The notes: a model not told the origin generated them from the sequence alone. DNA of 60,870 bases from Candidatus Omnitrophota bacterium (GCA_041651035.1 JBAZKC010000001.1:1-60870); one strand, 5' to 3'. Positions 9,342-20,682 are shown, counted from the first letter of the stretch. A program made the numbers and translations.

Positions 9342-9571
9342 TCTGCCTCTATTATGACTTTTGCCGCCACGCCATGGCCTAAGGCTAAAATACTTCTGCC
9401 TGATTTGATCACCACCGGGCCCCTTAAACCGAGATGGCTAAGCTTGGTGATCTCTTTGCCTTTATACACACCCAGATTCATCAGCCTGCTCTTAAGGTTT
9501 GTGCCGCCTGAGATCTCTAAGATCCTGCCTTTATGATTTGCCTTCAGTTGCGCTAAGGATATTTTTTTCAT
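9338..9571 (-). CDS. feoA: FeoA family protein
   Basis: 77 aa SH3-like FeoA sequence (LAQLKANHKGRILEI...RLMNLGVYKGKEI) directly upstream of feoB. Confidence 0.8.
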   Translation of the reverse strand: MKKISLAQLKANHKGRILEISGGTNLKSRLMNLGVYKGKEITKLSHLGLRGPVVIKSGRSILALGHGVAAKVIIEAE

Positions 9572-9587
9572 TTCTGCCTATAAAATT

Positions 9588-9621
9588 AAACCCCGCACTT
9601 TAAATTCAAAGCGCGGGGTTT
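9588..9621 (-). terminator. Intrinsic terminator after the 9645-10325 gene
   Basis: On the minus strand AAACCCCGC...GCGGGGTTT forms a 9-bp stem followed by AATTTTAT. Confidence 0.65.
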
Positions 9622-9644
9622 AATCGGAACTTATACAGCAAGTG

Positions 9645-10325
9645 CTATTTCTTTGACTTCAATTTTTCTATTAACTCATTGACAAACTTCCCGGCGGCGT
9701 CTTTACAACCCAAGCCAAAAGCCAAAGCAAAGCCCAGGCCGATAGAAGCTAACGCTATACTCAATGTCAACTCTGTTATCTGTATACCGATCTTAAGCTG
9801 CTCCAAGGCTACAAACACAGCAAAGAGGCTTATTATAACCTCTACGATCTTACTTAAGATCTTGCCTTGCGATAAACCCGCGTTACTAGCTGCAGTTTGA
9901 ACAATATTCTTTAATAAAGTGGCGATAAACATGCCTAATATCAAAATAAATATAGCGGCAATGACATTAGGTATATAAGCGATTACCTGCCTTAATAAAT
10001 CCGCGGCAACCGTTAAACCCACAGCATTGATGGCGACCATAACAGTAACTAAAAGCGCCAGCCAATAGCAGATTATACCGATCAACTCGGAAAGAGAGTA
10101 ATTAATACCACCTTTTTCAAGCAATTTGTCCAATTCGATGTTAACGGAGAGCTCATCAAGCTTCAGGATCCTTAGGCCCTTTGTGACTATCGCCTTGATA
10201 AGTTTGGAAATGAGCCAACCTACGATAAGTATGGCCAGCACTAACAGAATACTTACCAAGAATTGACCGATTTGGCTAAGCACAACCCTGGCCGGTTCCA
10301 GTAAAACTATTTGCCAACTACTCAT
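9645..10325 (-). CDS. Small-conductance mechanosensitive-channel-like membrane protein (conserved TM-helix repeats)
   Basis: 226 aa with about 5 TM helices. It shows the repeated helix pattern seen in TM_helix/MscS-related proteins. Confidence 0.55.
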   Translation of the reverse strand: MSSWQIVLLEPARVVLSQIGQFLVSILLVLAILIVGWLISKLIKAIVTKGLRILKLDELSVNIELDKLLEKGGINYSLSELIGIICYWLALLVTVMVAINAVGLTVAADLLRQVIAYIPNVIAAIFILILGMFIATLLKNIVQTAASNAGLSQGKILSKIVEVIISLFAVFVALEQLKIGIQITELTLSIALASIGLGFALAFGLGCKDAAGKFVNELIEKLKSKK

Positions 10326-10394
10326 CCTGCACCTCCTTTGGTTTGGCGGTACGATTTTTTAAACTTTATCATAATTAACGAGTTAAGTCAAGAG

Positions 10395-10420
10395 AAAACC
10401 TGCTTTGACCAGCAGATTTT
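10395..10420 (-). terminator. Probable intrinsic terminator after the MBL-fold gene
   Basis: The minus strand reads AAAATCTGCT-ggtcaa-AGCAGGTTTT, a 10-bp stem including one G.U pair that exists only in the minus-strand RNA, followed by CTCTT. A TTGACT-17-TAAAGT promoter-like pair follows. Confidence 0.5.
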
Positions 10421-10426
10421 ACCTGA

Positions 10427-11221
10427 TCAGAAATTTACGGCCATTCCGTCGTAGGCGGCTATTACTTCAATACCCAGGCTCTTAGTTAATTTTTGCGCCT
10501 GTATATGCGGCTTTGCCTTAAGCATGGTCATGCCAAAATGCGTCAGTATTACCTTCTTGGGTTTTATCTCCCTGATCAAAGCCTCGGCATCAATAAGGCT
10601 TAAGTGGTCTATACCGGCCAGGGGCTTAAGGAAAGCCACACACATAATTAATAAATCGGTTTTATTGTAGGAATCCGCCAGCCCCTTGAAATACCTGGTA
10701 TCCGCCAGGATAGCCACGTTTGTATCCTTCATTTTAAATTTTAAACCGTAGGTCTCCACGGTATGGACATGCCTCATTGACGTCCGGAAGGCGAATTTTC
10801 CTATCCGGTAGGTTTTATTTCCTTCTAATACCTCAATCCTCTCAGGTAAAACCCTGACATATTTTAAGATCACCGCGTCTTGGCCTATGGCGTCTTTAGA
10901 GCAGAAGACCAAGCCTCTTTTCTTAAACCCGCCGCCGGTCATAGCTTCGATCATCACATTAATATCTCCGGAATGATCAAGATGGCAATGGGTAAGAATT
11001 ATACCATCCAACTTAGAAGGGTCCAGCTTGGGCCTGCTTGTTGAACAGCGCACGATGCTTCCGGGGCCGGGATCTACCAATAAATTCATACCTTTAGAAG
11101 AGATCCATATGCCTCCGGAAGAACGCAGTTGCTTTATCATCACAAAGCGCGCGCCCGCGGTGCCTAGAAATTTTATAAAATCACTATTCTGGCTTCTGTC
11201 TCTGGGTTTTATTTCAGCCAT
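10427..11221 (-). CDS. MBL-fold metallo-hydrolase
   Basis: 264 aa with the HCHLDHSGD (HxHxDH) motif. Confidence 0.8.
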   Translation of the reverse strand: MAEIKPRDRSQNSDFIKFLGTAGARFVMIKQLRSSGGIWISSKGMNLLVDPGPGSIVRCSTSRPKLDPSKLDGIILTHCHLDHSGDINVMIEAMTGGGFKKRGLVFCSKDAIGQDAVILKYVRVLPERIEVLEGNKTYRIGKFAFRTSMRHVHTVETYGLKFKMKDTNVAILADTRYFKGLADSYNKTDLLIMCVAFLKPLAGIDHLSLIDAEALIREIKPKKVILTHFGMTMLKAKPHIQAQKLTKSLGIEVIAAYDGMAVNF

Positions 11222-11718
11222 AACTGCCTTAATTCCTGGTTTATTTTATGTATCTGGCTATAATTGAGCTCTACCTTAACAGGTTCTTTCCTCCGCGGAT
11301 TGGCCGGCTTTTCCCCCCGGCTTATAAAATCCTGTATGTTTGATACCTTAGCGCCAGAGGACTTAACAGAAAACACTATCTCCCTATCATTAGAAACCAC
11401 AACTATATTTTTAGGATTAACGGCACCTTCGACTATCTTTTTTATCCACTCATCCGCTGTTTCCTCCCTGGAGAATACGATATTAATATCTGATTCGCCT
11501 GATACGCGGCTCGATGAATCAGGATATCCGTCGAAAACCAAGGTGACCTTATTTTTCTGGCTTCCGCAAAGCCTGTTTGCCCTGATAAATTCCGAAAGCG
11601 CGGCCCCGGGGTCCTTTATAGAGCAATCGGCGGCAGGATCTGTTTTCTTAAAGGCGTGCTGTATGAATAGGGAATGATTTATGATGTTGTATCCGTCTAT
11701 GATGTACTGTAAAGACAT
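11209..11718 (-). CDS. NYN-domain (YacP-like) putative RNase
   Basis: 169 aa. YIIDGYNIINH at the N-terminus and VFDG are typical of YacP/NYN proteins. Confidence 0.7.
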   Translation of the reverse strand: MSLQYIIDGYNIINHSLFIQHAFKKTDPAADCSIKDPGAALSEFIRANRLCGSQKNKVTLVFDGYPDSSSRVSGESDINIVFSREETADEWIKKIVEGAVNPKNIVVVSNDREIVFSVKSSGAKVSNIQDFISRGEKPANPRRKEPVKVELNYSQIHKINQELRQLWLK

Positions 11719-12652
11719 AAATAAGGCCTCCTAAGGCTCCACAAACAAATATAAAGGAAGTATTTAAAAGCGACATAGCCACGGTTAGGTTCTGGCTTAT
11801 GCCCACCTGGGAAAAGAATATAACGGTAGTCATTTCCCTTAAACCCAGCCCTCCTATGGAAACAGGCAGTAATGTAATAGCACCGATGACGGGAAGGAAT
11901 ATAAAGAAATAAACAGGGCTTACTTTTATTCCCAGTGATAAAGCAATGACGAAGAAAGCCACGGGGCCGGTAGCCTGTATAAACAAAGAAAGGATCAGGC
12001 TATTCACTATAACTTTTTTATGGTGCTTAAAATGATGTATCTCCTCATGCAGGTCCTTTAATAATTCCCTGATCTTTCCTGATCCGGAAGAACTAAGTAA
12101 TCTGCTTATTTTAGAATAGATGAATTTATTGAACAAAATGAATAAGAGGGTGCTGAGTATGGCAGTTATCACTGCTATGGCAAATAAAATGTTTTTCTTA
12201 TCATGTATAAGCGGCCAGCCTATTATCATGGAAAATAACACCAGGATCACCAGGCCTATATACCCGCTTAACCTGTCTAAGAAAACCGTAGCGATGATTT
12301 CTTTAGGCTTTTTTGTATGCGCGGCAAGGTCGATACTGCGCAGAAAGTCCCCTCCTATGGTAGAAGGAAGGAACAAATTAAAGAATGTGCCTCCGGCAAA
12401 AGAGGTGATCACTCTTTTTAAAGGCAAATGGACCTTAAACGCCTTAAGCAGCATCTCCCAGCGCAGGAGGCTTAATATATAGTTAAATAAGAAAATGCCG
12501 AACGCCAAAGCCAGCATGAACTTATCCGCTCTCCTTATGTCCTGCATCAGGCTATGCGTGTCTATTTTATTAAACCGCAATACAATAACCAGCAAGATAA
12601 CGCTTATGCCGACTCTTAGGAAAATAGATAATATCTTTTTAAATATGCGCAT
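11648..12652 (-). CDS. Flippase-like / lysylphosphatidylglycerol-synthase-TM-region family membrane protein (UPF0104)
   Basis: 334 aa polytopic protein with FFNLFLPSTIGGDFLR and the GGLGLRE motif. Confidence 0.7.
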   Translation of the reverse strand: MRIFKKILSIFLRVGISVILLVIVLRFNKIDTHSLMQDIRRADKFMLALAFGIFLFNYILSLLRWEMLLKAFKVHLPLKRVITSFAGGTFFNLFLPSTIGGDFLRSIDLAAHTKKPKEIIATVFLDRLSGYIGLVILVLFSMIIGWPLIHDKKNILFAIAVITAILSTLLFILFNKFIYSKISRLLSSSGSGKIRELLKDLHEEIHHFKHHKKVIVNSLILSLFIQATGPVAFFVIALSLGIKVSPVYFFIFLPVIGAITLLPVSIGGLGLREMTTVIFFSQVGISQNLTVAMSLLNTSFIFVCGALGGLIYVFTVHHRRIQHHKSFPIHTARL

Positions 12653-12656
12653 TTAT

Positions 12657-13550
12657 TTAGTTGAGGTCCCTGCCCGTAAGCCGGGCATACGCTTCTAAAT
12701 ATTTTTGGCTGGTTTTTAGAACGATCTCTTCCGGCAGTTTGGGCGCGGGAGGAGTTTTATCCCAATCCAGGGTCTCCAGATAATCCCTGACGAATTGCTT
12801 GTCAAAGCTGGGCTGAGGCCTGCCAGGGGCATATCCGTCTTTCGGCCAGAAACGCGATGAATCAGGGGTGAGCGCTTCGTCAATTAAAATAATACCGTCA
12901 TTATATATTCCGAATTCGAATTTTGTATCGGCGATGATTATGCCGCGGCTTAACGCGTAATCGCTTGCCTTCTTATAGATCTTTATAGAGGCCTCGGCCA
13001 ATTTATCAGTTACCTTCTTGCCCAGCATATTCTCCGCGGATTCAAGCGTAATATTGATATCGTGGCCTTTATCTTCTTTGGTGGAAGGCGTAAATAAAAC
13101 CTCCGGTAATTTATCCGACTCCTGAAGCCCTGACGGCAGTTTTATGCCGCAGATGGACCCTTTTTCCTTATATTCCTTCCATCCTGAACCAGATAGATAA
13201 CCCCTTACCACGCATTCCACGGGAAGGGATTTTGTTTTCAAGACCAGCATGGAACGGCCCGCGAGGGCATTTTTATACTCTTTTAATTCCGCGGGGTACT
13301 TATTTATGTCGCAGGTTAGAAAATGATTGGGAATGATATCCCGGATAAAGTCAAACCAGAAACAAGAAAGGCCTGTTAATACCCTGCCTTTATATGGTAT
13401 GCCTCCGGACAGGATCACATCGAAACAAGAAATCCTGTCAGTAGAAACGATCAAAAGACGATCCCCTAAGTCATAGACATCCCTGACTTTTCCACGCTTG
13501 TAAAGTTTTAAGCCTTTAAGATCCGAGGATAAAAGAACGCCTTCACTCAT
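12657..13550 (-). CDS. purC: Phosphoribosylaminoimidazole-succinocarboxamide (SAICAR) synthase
   Basis: 297 aa long-form PurC ([13 protein letters not shown]...[10 protein letters not shown]...[10 protein letters not shown]). Confidence 0.9.
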   Translation of the reverse strand: MSEGVLLSSDLKGLKLYKRGKVRDVYDLGDRLLIVSTDRISCFDVILSGGIPYKGRVLTGLSCFWFDFIRDIIPNHFLTCDINKYPAELKEYKNALAGRSMLVLKTKSLPVECVVRGYLSGSGWKEYKEKGSICGIKLPSGLQESDKLPEVLFTPSTKEDKGHDINITLESAENMLGKKVTDKLAEASIKIYKKASDYALSRGIIIADTKFEFGIYNDGIILIDEALTPDSSRFWPKDGYAPGRPQPSFDKQFVRDYLETLDWDKTPPAPKLPEEIVLKTSQKYLEAYARLTGRDLN

Positions 13551-15336
13551 GGGATTTTAAACGGTTAAGAAGAGCTGTGTATTCCTGCCACAATTCATCA
13601 GGGAGGTCCTTTTTAAACTTCCCGAAGAATTCCTTTATTCCTTTTAATTCATTAACCCAATCTTCTTTATTTATCTCCAGCAGCTTTTCTAACGCTCCTT
13701 CGGATAGCCGCAATCCAGTCATATCAATATCAGTTGAACGGGGCAGATACCCTATAGGCGTCTTTACCGCGCCCACCTTATTATTACAACGGTCCAGTAC
13801 CCATTCTAAGATCCTAAGGTTTTCTCCGTAACCCGGCCATAAGAATTTTCCTTTCGCGTCGGTCCTGAACCAATTAACATGAAAAATTTTGGGCGGCTTG
13901 GCCATTTTTTTCCCGGTCCCCAGCCAGTGCCGGAAATAATTTGCCATATTATAGCCGCAAAAAGGAAGCATTGCCATAGGGTCCCTGCGTACTTCTCCTA
14001 TTTTCCCGGATTGCGCGGCAGTACGTTCAGAAGCCATGGTCGCTCCGATAAATACGCCATGCTGCCAGCTAAAAGATTCATACACAAGCGGCGCTAAATG
14101 CTGCCTGCGGCCGCCGAAAATAATTGCTGATATGGGGACACCGTGATGCTGCTCTAATCTAAATGACGCGGAAGGGCAATTAACAATGGGAACGGTAAAA
14201 CGGCTGTTAGGATGCGCCGCTAATACAGGCTTGCCATGAGCATCCACCATAGCCGGCTTCCAGGGACGGCCCTGCCAATCAATACCTTCTTGAGGTACCG
14301 GCCCGTCTGCGCCTTCCCACCAAACTGTTCTGTCCGGTTTCAAGAGAACGTTAGTGTATATGGTATCCTTTCTGATTGTTTCTGTCATGCTGGGATTTGT
14401 CCGGGAACTTGTTCCCGGGGCGACCCCGAAGAAACCTATTTCCGGATTGATCGCCCAAAGCGATCCGTCGCTATCAACGCGCATCCAGGCGATATCGTCC
14501 CCTACTGTCCAGATACGATACCCCTTTGCCTTAAGGCCTTCAGGCGGAATTAACATCGCCAGGTTTGTTTTCCCGCAGGCGCTGGGAAATGCCGCGGCGA
14601 TATATTCAACATGGCCGTTTGGCTCTTCTATGCCCATGACCAACATATGCTCTGCCAGCCAATGCTCTTTTCTGGCGATAAAACTGGCGATACGCAGGGA
14701 AAGGCATTTTTTCCCCAAAAGCACATTACCGCCGTAGCCGGAACCAACGCTCCAAATAGTGTTGTCTTCCGGAAAATGCAATATAAGCCTCTTATTAATA
14801 TCCAATTGCGCTTTGGAATGAAGGCATTTTGTGAACATATCATCTTTTTCCAATTGCCTTAAAACAGGCTCCCCTACCCTGGTCATAATAAGCATATTTA
14901 GGGCCACATAACGGGAATCAGTCAATTCTACTCCAATCTTGGCAAACGGAGAACCTACAGGGCCCATAGAAAAAGGAATAACGTACATGGTCCTTGAGCG
15001 CATCGCGCCTTTAAAGATAGCCCTGGCTTTTCTATAAGCCAGCTGCGGAGACATCCAGTTATTGGTGGGGCCAGCGTCATGTTTTCTTTTTGTGCAGATA
15101 AACGTAAGATGCTCTGTGCGGGCAACATCATCTATGGCGGTGCGATGCAGAAAACATCCGGGGAGTTTTTCCTGATTTAACTGTATGACCTCATCTGTAG
15201 ACATAGCCTCTTTTTCCAGGAGCCGCTTCTGTTCATCCGAGCCGTCTATCCAGACAATATTTTCAGGCCCGCAGAGACGGGCCATTTTATTTACCCAATC
15301 CTTTAATTTCTTATTATTGGTAGGAAAACCGCTCAT
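13543..15336 (-). CDS. pckG: Phosphoenolpyruvate carboxykinase (GTP)
   Basis: 597 aa. [15 protein letters not shown] is the kinase-1a P-loop of GTP-PEPCK, and WMRVD and FHVNWFR are also present. Confidence 0.9.
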   Translation of the reverse strand: MSGFPTNNKKLKDWVNKMARLCGPENIVWIDGSDEQKRLLEKEAMSTDEVIQLNQEKLPGCFLHRTAIDDVARTEHLTFICTKRKHDAGPTNNWMSPQLAYRKARAIFKGAMRSRTMYVIPFSMGPVGSPFAKIGVELTDSRYVALNMLIMTRVGEPVLRQLEKDDMFTKCLHSKAQLDINKRLILHFPEDNTIWSVGSGYGGNVLLGKKCLSLRIASFIARKEHWLAEHMLVMGIEEPNGHVEYIAAAFPSACGKTNLAMLIPPEGLKAKGYRIWTVGDDIAWMRVDSDGSLWAINPEIGFFGVAPGTSSRTNPSMTETIRKDTIYTNVLLKPDRTVWWEGADGPVPQEGIDWQGRPWKPAMVDAHGKPVLAAHPNSRFTVPIVNCPSASFRLEQHHGVPISAIIFGGRRQHLAPLVYESFSWQHGVFIGATMASERTAAQSGKIGEVRRDPMAMLPFCGYNMANYFRHWLGTGKKMAKPPKIFHVNWFRTDAKGKFLWPGYGENLRILEWVLDRCNNKVGAVKTPIGYLPRSTDIDMTGLRLSEGALEKLLEINKEDWVNELKGIKEFFGKFKKDLPDELWQEYTALLNRLKSHE

Positions 15337-15341
15337 GCTAT

Positions 15342-16250
15342 TTACCTTTCTTGAGCTATATATTTGTACGCGGAATCGCTGGCTATCGCGCCATCGCCGC
15401 AGGCCGTAACTACCTGATATAAGCTTTTCCTGCGGCAGTCCCCGCAGGCAAATACGCCTTCCGCGGATGTCGCTAAGTTTTGGTCCGTGATTATAAATCC
15501 GGCTTCATCCAGCCCTACTTTATTTTTGATAAAAACTGTTTCCGGTTCATAGCCGATATAAATGAACATACCGTCGCAGGAAACACTCCGCTGTTCGGAA
15601 GTATTGACATCTTTTATCTTTACTGATTCTATTTTTCCGGATCCGGTTATTTCCGTAACCACGCTGCTTAAAATAAAATGTATTTTTTTGTTTTCTTTCA
15701 GCCTCTCCTGCAGGATCGCTGAAGCGCGTAAGTCGTTCCTCCTGTGTATTATATCCACCCTCTTGGCAAAACGCGTTAAATAGATCGCTTCCTCTGCTAC
15801 GGCATTACCTCCGCCTACCACGATCACATTTTTTTCTTTATACAACGGCCCGTCGCAGGTAGCGCAATAAGAGACGCCCCTGCCTGTTAATTTATCCTCT
15901 CCCGGAACGCCGAGTTTCCGCGGACGCGCGCCTGTGGCGATAATAATGGATTTAGCGGTATATATTTTTGACCCCGCCTTAACCGTTTTTGCTCTACAGT
16001 CCAATTCCAATGCTTCTTCTGTTTCAAACTCAACATCTAAAGCCCTGGCCTGCTCTTCCATACGGTTGACTAATTCCTGCGTGGATATTCCCCCGGGGAA
16101 ACCCGGATAATTCTCAATGGTTTCAGTAAGCAATATTCTGCCTCCTACTCCCATCTTTTCCAAAACAACGGTTTTCAGGCGGGACCTGCCCGCGTATAAG
16201 GCAGCGGTTAACCCGGCCGGCCCTGCTCCGATAATAATCAGATCATGCAT
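15342..16250 (-). CDS. trxB: Thioredoxin-disulfide reductase
   Basis: The start is set at [13 protein letters not shown] (16250), because the longer ORF start at 16328 would run into lipA. The redox motif CATCDG is present. The ATG overlaps the lipA TGA (ATGCATGA). Confidence 0.9.
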   Translation of the reverse strand: MHDLIIIGAGPAGLTAALYAGRSRLKTVVLEKMGVGGRILLTETIENYPGFPGGISTQELVNRMEEQARALDVEFETEEALELDCRAKTVKAGSKIYTAKSIIIATGARPRKLGVPGEDKLTGRGVSYCATCDGPLYKEKNVIVVGGGNAVAEEAIYLTRFAKRVDIIHRRNDLRASAILQERLKENKKIHFILSSVVTEITGSGKIESVKIKDVNTSEQRSVSCDGMFIYIGYEPETVFIKNKVGLDEAGFIITDQNLATSAEGVFACGDCRRKSLYQVVTACGDGAIASDSAYKYIAQER

Positions 16251-17106
16251 AAATAAGCTCCCTAAAAACTTCTTCTGCTTTATAAGAACTGCGGACAAGC
16301 GGGCCCGATAATACCGATTTAAACCCACAGCCTAGCCCGATATCCCGGTATTTCCCGAACTGCTCAATACTTATGAATTCTCTTACGGGATAATGCCCGG
16401 AGGATGGAGCCAGATACTGGCCTAAAGTCAGAATATCACAGCCATGTTTTCTTAAATCCTTCATAACCTCTAAGACCTCTGGCTCTCTCTCACCCAGGCC
16501 TAACATTATCGATGATTTAGTTATTACCGCCGGGTTTAATTCCTTGATCTTACTCAATACGCTCAGAGAAAGCCGATAATCCGCCAACGGCCTTAATCCG
16601 CTATACAGCCTTCTTACGGTCTCAATGTTATGAGCCACTACCTCGGGCCTTGCGCCTAACAGGCGCCGTAAAGATGTTATTTTACCACAAAAATCCGGTA
16701 TTAATACCTCTATTTTTATATCTTTATTTATTCCGTGGATCAACTCTATGGTTTTAGCAAACATACCTGCCCCGCCGTCAGGAAGGTCATCGCGGCTGAC
16801 AGAAGTAATTACCGCGTATTTTAAGCCCAACGCCTCTACAACCCGGCTGATCCTTAAAGGCTCATCCTTATCAACAATAAGGCCGGCGCCTTCTGACTTA
16901 GACACCCCACAGAACTTGCAATTCCTGGTACAGGCGTCTCCTAAGATCATAAAAGTAGCTTGTTTATTCTTAAAACAACCGGTGATGTTAGGGCACTTGG
17001 CTTCCCGGCAGACAGTATGCACATTAAATCCGGAAAGCAGGCGCCTGAAATTCATAACCTCGCCATCAGGAATATCCTGCCGGAACCAGGAAGGGAGCTT
17101 ATTCAC
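16243..17106 (-). CDS. lipA: Lipoyl synthase
   Basis: 287 aa with the radical-SAM CTRNCKFC motif plus the N-terminal CxxxxCxxxxxC auxiliary cluster ([12 protein letters not shown]). Confidence 0.9.
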   Translation of the reverse strand: MNKLPSWFRQDIPDGEVMNFRRLLSGFNVHTVCREAKCPNITGCFKNKQATFMILGDACTRNCKFCGVSKSEGAGLIVDKDEPLRISRVVEALGLKYAVITSVSRDDLPDGGAGMFAKTIELIHGINKDIKIEVLIPDFCGKITSLRRLLGARPEVVAHNIETVRRLYSGLRPLADYRLSLSVLSKIKELNPAVITKSSIMLGLGEREPEVLEVMKDLRKHGCDILTLGQYLAPSSGHYPVREFISIEQFGKYRDIGLGCGFKSVLSGPLVRSSYKAEEVFRELIYA

Positions 17107-17296
17107 TTGTCTTTATAAAATTCTTGATTGAGCGGTCGTAAGTTTTTTCTACGTCGGAGGGGAAAAAACAGGCGGGAATCTGGCCGTTCTTTCGGTGATA
17201 AGAAACGCATTCGCAACATATGCCTTTACGCTGGCACGGAGTATAACTGCAATTACAATTTATAAGATTTTGTTCCTGGTTCGGACAAGCCTTCAT
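17099..17296 (-). CDS. Small cysteine-rich protein (DUF6485-like)
   Basis: 65 aa. [22 protein letters not shown]...PACFFP resembles the DUF6485 family from memory. It overlaps the def 3' end and the lipA start. Confidence 0.5.
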   Translation of the reverse strand: MKACPNQEQNLINCNCSYTPCQRKGICCECVSYHRKNGQIPACFFPSDVEKTYDRSIKNFIKTSE

Positions 17297-17840
17297 TCCG
17301 CCCTCCCCTTCTTAAACCGCCCCTTCCATTATCTTTTATGTTCTCTATTTTCTTCTTTAATTTTTCTATCTGTTTAGTTATTTTTAGTTTCTTTAGCAAG
17401 GAAGCATAGTCTAGGATAAGCTTGCCCTTAAGATGATCTATCTCGTGCTGGAATACACAGGCTAATAAATCGCTGGCTTCTATCGTAATCGGCTTGGCAA
17501 ATTCATCGCAAGCCGAAACCTTGATCTTCCTGGCACGTTTTACCTTTACGCACACCCCAGGCAGGCTAAGGCAGCCTTCTTCCAAAACCTGACAGCCTTC
17601 TTTCTTTACAATAACCGGGTTTATAAGCTTATAGAGGCCGGAACCCGCGTCAACAACTATCATGGAATCGCTAATACCTACTTGAGGAGCAGCTAATCCT
17701 ATGCCGGAAGAACTATACATTAATCTTGCCATTTGGGATAGGATATCCCTATGGCCTTGAGTTATTTCCTTTACCGGAGAGGCCTTCTTTCTCAGCACGG
17801 TATCGCCTAACAGCCTAATCTTTAATGCGGTTACGTCCAT
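17253..17840 (-). CDS. def: Peptide deformylase
   Basis: 195 aa with the motifs [16 protein letters not shown] and HEIDHL, plus a basic C-terminal tail. Confidence 0.9.
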   Translation of the reverse strand: MDVTALKIRLLGDTVLRKKASPVKEITQGHRDILSQMARLMYSSSGIGLAAPQVGISDSMIVVDAGSGLYKLINPVIVKKEGCQVLEEGCLSLPGVCVKVKRARKIKVSACDEFAKPITIEASDLLACVFQHEIDHLKGKLILDYASLLKKLKITKQIEKLKKKIENIKDNGRGGLRRGGRNEGLSEPGTKSYKL

Positions 17841-18165
17841 CGACTTTTATCAGTTTTGGTTTTATAGCCTTGGCTTCTTTATCGTCGGCAGATACATAGG
17901 ATACAATGATCACTTCATCGCCCACGCAGGAGCCTCTGGCGGCAGGACCATTCAAACAGATCACGCCTGTCCCGGAATCGTCGCTGATAGCGTACGTTTC
18001 CAGCCGGCTGCCGTTATTAACATTGAATACCTCTACTTTTTCACCTTCTATGATATCCGCCGCTTTCATCAGGCCGGCATCAATAGTTATACTGCCTTCA
18101 TAATAAAGGTTGGCCTCTGTAACGCGCGCCCGATGTATTTTGGATTTTAAAACCGTCCTTAACAT
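17815..18165 (-). CDS. panD: Aspartate 1-decarboxylase
   Basis: 116 aa. The sequence MLRTVLKSKIHRARVTEANLYYEGSITID includes the self-cleavage G-S site. Confidence 0.9.
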   Translation of the reverse strand: MLRTVLKSKIHRARVTEANLYYEGSITIDAGLMKAADIIEGEKVEVFNVNNGSRLETYAISDDSGTGVICLNGPAARGSCVGDEVIIVSYVSADDKEAKAIKPKLIKVDGRNRIKD

Positions 18166-18177
18166 ATTATTGTTCTC

Positions 18178-18687
18178 CTATTTATTCAACGCTTTCGCGA
18201 TCTCTTCTCCGAATGCTTCAGCCGCATCCGGGCCTGAAGCAGTAATGATATTGCCGTCCTTTTCTACTTTTCCCGCCGTATATATCGCTCCGGCGGCCTT
18301 AAGCTGCTCTATTCCAGAAGGAAAAACAGTCGCCCGTTTTCCCGCGAGTATCCCCGCTTTGGCCAATGTCACAGGGCCTATACAAATCGCTCCCACGATC
18401 CGGTTGGAATTAATGGCGTCTTTAACCAGCTTATGGGCCAAAGGATCATCCCAATAGCGGATTGCCCCCGCCCCGCCTACGAATATTACGGCGTCAAAAT
18501 CTTTTATATTTATACTGCTGAATGTGATATCCGGCTTAACTTCCGCGCCTCTGGAGCCCTTTGCTATATTAAGGCTGACCGAAGCAACCTTGACTTCAAT
18601 GCCGGCTTTTTCCAGGGCAGCTTTGGATTCTAAAAGCTCTTCGTCCCGGAAATTATCTTGAGAGATGATCATAACTGCTTTGCTCAT
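18178..18687 (-). CDS. DJ-1/PfpI family protein
   Basis: 169 aa with the nucleophile-elbow motif VGAICIGP. Confidence 0.85.
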   Translation of the reverse strand: MSKAVMIISQDNFRDEELLESKAALEKAGIEVKVASVSLNIAKGSRGAEVKPDITFSSINIKDFDAVIFVGGAGAIRYWDDPLAHKLVKDAINSNRIVGAICIGPVTLAKAGILAGKRATVFPSGIEQLKAAGAIYTAGKVEKDGNIITASGPDAAEAFGEEIAKALNK

Positions 18688-19745
18688 ATAGTTTTTTTAA
18701 TTAAAGCAAATGCCTGACGGGCGATCATCAACTCTTCATCCGTAGGAATAACTAATATCCTGGGTTTCTTATTTAAATGCGTAAATGAACCCCGGCAAAC
18801 CATTTCCCTGATCTTTTTCTGATTCTCGCCGATGCCGGCAGTAAATGCTATCGCGTCAAGGCCGCCCATAACAGCGGTATAAGCGCCGATATATTTCTTT
18901 ATGCGGTAAACAAAGATATCTATGGCCAGCTGGCAGCGCTTATTCCCTTTACCCGCGCTGTCATCTAGTTCCCTCATATCATTGCTTATGCCGGAGATAC
19001 CTTTTAAGCCACTGGCTTTATTCAGCAATCGATCCAGGGAATTAATATCTAAGCGTTTCTTACGCATAATAAAGGTAACTAAAGCGGGATCGATGTCTCC
19101 GCAGCGCGTCCCCATAACCAGGCCCTCAAGCGGCGTAAATCCCATACTGGTATCAACTGATCTACCCTTATCTACCGCGGTAATACTGCAGCCGTTACCC
19201 AAATGACAGGTAATTATCTTCAATTTACTCAGGGGTTTCTTTAAGATCCGGGCTGCTTCATAAGCCACGTATTCATGGCTGGTGCCGTGAAAACCATATT
19301 TCCTGATGCCAAACTTTTTGTAATATTCATAAGGAAGTCCGTAAATATAGGCGTACTCCGGCAGGGTTTGATGAAACGCCGTATCAAACACCGCGACCTG
19401 CTTTGTACCCGGCAGCAACTTTTTACATGCCAATATGCCTGTTAAATTCGCGGGGTTATGTAAAGGAGCGATCGCGCAACACTGCTTTATGCTTTTAATC
19501 ACCGAATCATTAATTAACACGGGCTGCCGGAATTTCTCCGCGCCGTGCACAACTCTATGGCCTACTGCTGCTACGGAATTTACTCCTTTAAGGATTATTT
19601 TTAATCCGGAGTAATGCTCCTTAACCTTTGACCCGGTTTCGCCGATATGGGCGATTATACCCTTTTGCACCCTCCGCTCCCCGGGCATTTCAAAGAGCTC
19701 ATATTTTATGGAAGAACTGCCGCAATTTATAACCAGTATTCTCAT
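18684..19745 (-). CDS. ackA: Acetate kinase (compact, 353 aa)
   Basis: MRILVINCGSSSIKYELF, VGHRVVHG, FDTAFHQT, HGTSH and TAGIGEN are present. It is about 45 aa shorter than E. coli AckA. Confidence 0.85.
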   Translation of the reverse strand: MRILVINCGSSSIKYELFEMPGERRVQKGIIAHIGETGSKVKEHYSGLKIILKGVNSVAAVGHRVVHGAEKFRQPVLINDSVIKSIKQCCAIAPLHNPANLTGILACKKLLPGTKQVAVFDTAFHQTLPEYAYIYGLPYEYYKKFGIRKYGFHGTSHEYVAYEAARILKKPLSKLKIITCHLGNGCSITAVDKGRSVDTSMGFTPLEGLVMGTRCGDIDPALVTFIMRKKRLDINSLDRLLNKASGLKGISGISNDMRELDDSAGKGNKRCQLAIDIFVYRIKKYIGAYTAVMGGLDAIAFTAGIGENQKKIREMVCRGSFTHLNKKPRILVIPTDEELMIARQAFALIKKTI

Positions 19746-19749
19746 ATAA

Positions 19750-20679
19750 TTATTGCGCCCTTGTCGCTGTTACTGCCACGCAATCCATAACATCTTCAAC
19801 AGAACACCCGCGGGAAAGGTCGCTTGCCGGTTTATTCAAACCCAGGAATAAAGGGCCTAACGCGCGCGCGTTACCTAACCATTGCACAAGCTTATAACTT
19901 ATATTGCCGGCCTCAAGGCTGGGGAATATCAAAACATTGGCTTTCCCGCCTAACGGGCTGCCGGGGTATTTTATCCTGGCTACCGCTGGCACAACAGCAG
20001 CATCCACTTGTAACTCACCATCCACAAGCAGTCCTGGAGCCATCCCTTTAAGTAATGCCAATGCCTCGGATATCTTTTCAATCTCCCTGCCCTTGGCTGA
20101 ACCTTTAGTAGAATAACTAAGCAAGGCGATACGAGGGGTGAAATCCAAAACCTTGGTTATCAATTCCGCGGAAGCTAAAGCAATACAGGCAGTCTGCCTG
20201 GAATTCGGATCCGGGATTATTCCGCAATCAGCAAAAATAAAAGTACCGTTTTCTCCATAAGGGCAATTGGGCACAACCATAATAAAACAACTGGCAACTA
20301 TGCTTATACGTTCTTCTACGCCTATACAACGGATGCATGCCCTGGCTATATCAGCCGTAGTATGGCTTGCCCCGGCCACTAAGCCGTCCACTTTGCCTTC
20401 CCTGGCCATCATGGCCCCGTAATAAAGAGTGTCATTAAATAATGCCTTCACATCATCCATAGCGGGGATCTTAATTTTGTGCATTTGATAAAATTCATCA
20501 ATGTACCTGCTTTTTTCCTTAGGGTCAATTTTATCCCTGGTCAAAAGCACTACTTTAGCTATGCCTTCTTTTTCAATAAGCCGGGCTGCTTCCGCTACAC
20601 GGGCATCATCATATTCAGGTAAGACAATAGTCTTTAATTTACTGCCCGCTTTACCGCGTATCTTTGTGATCGTATCCAT
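19750..20679 (-). CDS. pta: Phosphate acetyltransferase, catalytic PTA_PTB domain only
   Basis: 309 aa. The sequence IVLPEYDDARVAEAA...DGLVAGASHTTADIAR...SRGCSVEDV is typical of the Pta catalytic domain. Confidence 0.85.
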   Translation of the reverse strand: MDTITKIRGKAGSKLKTIVLPEYDDARVAEAARLIEKEGIAKVVLLTRDKIDPKEKSRYIDEFYQMHKIKIPAMDDVKALFNDTLYYGAMMAREGKVDGLVAGASHTTADIARACIRCIGVEERISIVASCFIMVVPNCPYGENGTFIFADCGIIPDPNSRQTACIALASAELITKVLDFTPRIALLSYSTKGSAKGREIEKISEALALLKGMAPGLLVDGELQVDAAVVPAVARIKYPGSPLGGKANVLIFPSLEAGNISYKLVQWLGNARALGPLFLGLNKPASDLSRGCSVEDVMDCVAVTATRAQ

Positions 20680-20682
20680 ATA

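Noticed and set aside
16251-16328. Longer N-terminal extensions offered by the ORF track for trxB (to 16328) and for the hypothetical gene at 6223 (to 7050).
   Set aside because: The extensions overlap the preceding genes (lipA, rubrerythrin) by 86-89 nt. They precede the canonical N-terminus ([13 protein letters not shown] for TrxB), so the internal starts are preferred.
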